Positions 62,922-64,000 of a stretch of 64,000 nucleotides of DNA are shown here, piece by piece. Source of the stretch: Paraspadella gotoi. Lineage: Eukaryota; Animalia; Chaetognatha. Position 1 is the stretch's first letter, and each line of letters starts with the position of its first letter. The notes under the pieces are model-generated. The model made no database searches. It was not told the origin of the DNA and was given only the letters and a program-made list of their open reading frames with translations. The DNA lies in assembly GCA_051294375.1 (NCBI GenBank), contig CM119268.1, positions 6,391,525 through 6,455,524 on the forward strand. Reading direction: 5' to 3'. The position numbers and the translations under genes are program-made.

Positions 62922-64000
62922 AGAGGGGGAAGAGGTGACAAAGTTATGAGCGATATCTTCTAAAGCCAAGTGTAAAATTGTTGAAAAAATGGCGAGATAA
63001 AGCGACGAGGGCGACGAAATTGCGAAACGCGCCTTTCGAGAGAGGGGGAGAGGGGGCAGGGCGGGGGGAGAGGGGGCAGGGCGGGGGGGAATAGTAAAAA
63101 AGAGGGATGAAGGAAAAATGGAGGAAAGAGGAAGTCAAGATTTGACAGGTTTTAACCAGATGGTAATACGCAAGAGTAAAGCGAATGACGCAAAAGTCTC
63201 TGCAATTCCAAGCTCAAAAACAGAGGAATTGTCCGAACTTTCCCTCTCGGTCTATTTTTAATTATTACAAAAGTGTTTTAAATTTTTATCATATCATATA
63301 GAGGATAGTTTTGTAACTTTTTCGCACCCTCGAGAAGACATGGAACAGGTCCTGGCTTTGGACCGGAATAGGGAAGTAGTTAGGCCTCTTGGTAGGTACC
63401 TGGTTAGTTCAATTGTTCTAGATAGCTTTACTTACTGAGCACAGAGTCACGACTGAGCAAGCGTGATAAGTCAATAAACAGGTAGGTCACGAAAAGAGAT
63501 GAAAGTTTTTTCTAATCTTTGGCCCATCAGAAACCAATGAAGATCATTGCTCACTTCCAGGAACGACTCTCTACTCTTATACCAAAAAACAATTTTTTGA
63601 TTATTTTATAAAAGAAAGAGAAAAGGTTAAAAGAAAAAAAAAAGGTTTCATAAAATGAAATTGAAACCAGCAATTTGGATCCGTTATATGCAAATAAGAT
63701 TAAGAGCTCGTTCGATAAACTTCTCTATACGTTTTCTTTCATAGATATATCAGTTAATAAAAGTTATTTGTTTAACCAGGTTTAAAAGGCTTCAAAGTTT
63801 TATTGTGGGAAAGATATCTAAGGAAAACTTAAAAATCAAAGAAAGATAAAAACCAAATGATGTCGCGAAAGCGCACGACGTTGACGAGGATGTCTGATAT
63901 GAAAAACCTTATAAATTTCTTGTGGTCATTTCAAAAAGAAAGGACTTTATAAAACGCCTCTTTATGATTGATACAATCTTCGTTCGTTTCTCTGCCTTAA

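Noticed and set aside
1-64000. Alternative genetic code or stop-codon readthrough
   Set aside because: In-frame stops in the conserved genes are explained by short introns; the standard code gives intact proteins.
1-64000. CRISPR array or other prokaryotic system
   Set aside because: The DNA is eukaryotic and intron-rich, and the tandem repeats lack unique spacers.

Overview
This is animal (metazoan, probably invertebrate) genomic DNA with CpG-rich exons, AT-rich introns that are mostly about 65-95 nt, six N gaps and many microsatellites. Positions 1-25.5 kb hold eight tightly packed genes, all on the minus strand. In transcription order they are NELFCD, an arylamine N-acetyltransferase-like gene, EIF2B5, an alpha/beta hydrolase, DTL/Cdt2, RPL34, ARMT1 and a GLUT-type sugar transporter. 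Stop-to-start spacing is only 169-1052 bp, which is operon-like. Next come a Gypsy gag remnant, a multi-C2H2 zinc-finger gene (-), a plus-strand locus and a Myt1-family C2HC gene (-). The plus-strand locus is only partly visible in the ORF track. It encodes two paralogous small secreted precursors (CPG/Gly-rich peptide, furin site, CX3C...CX3C-G domain) that appear to share one signal-peptide exon, and it is the best candidate for an undescribed system. The indel-riddled second Myt1 copy (48.3-55.7 kb) is most likely an assembly artefact. Splice signals look relaxed, with many AAG acceptors, one GAG acceptor and four GC donors. All gene models were built by hand from splice signals and recalled protein similarity; no database search was run.
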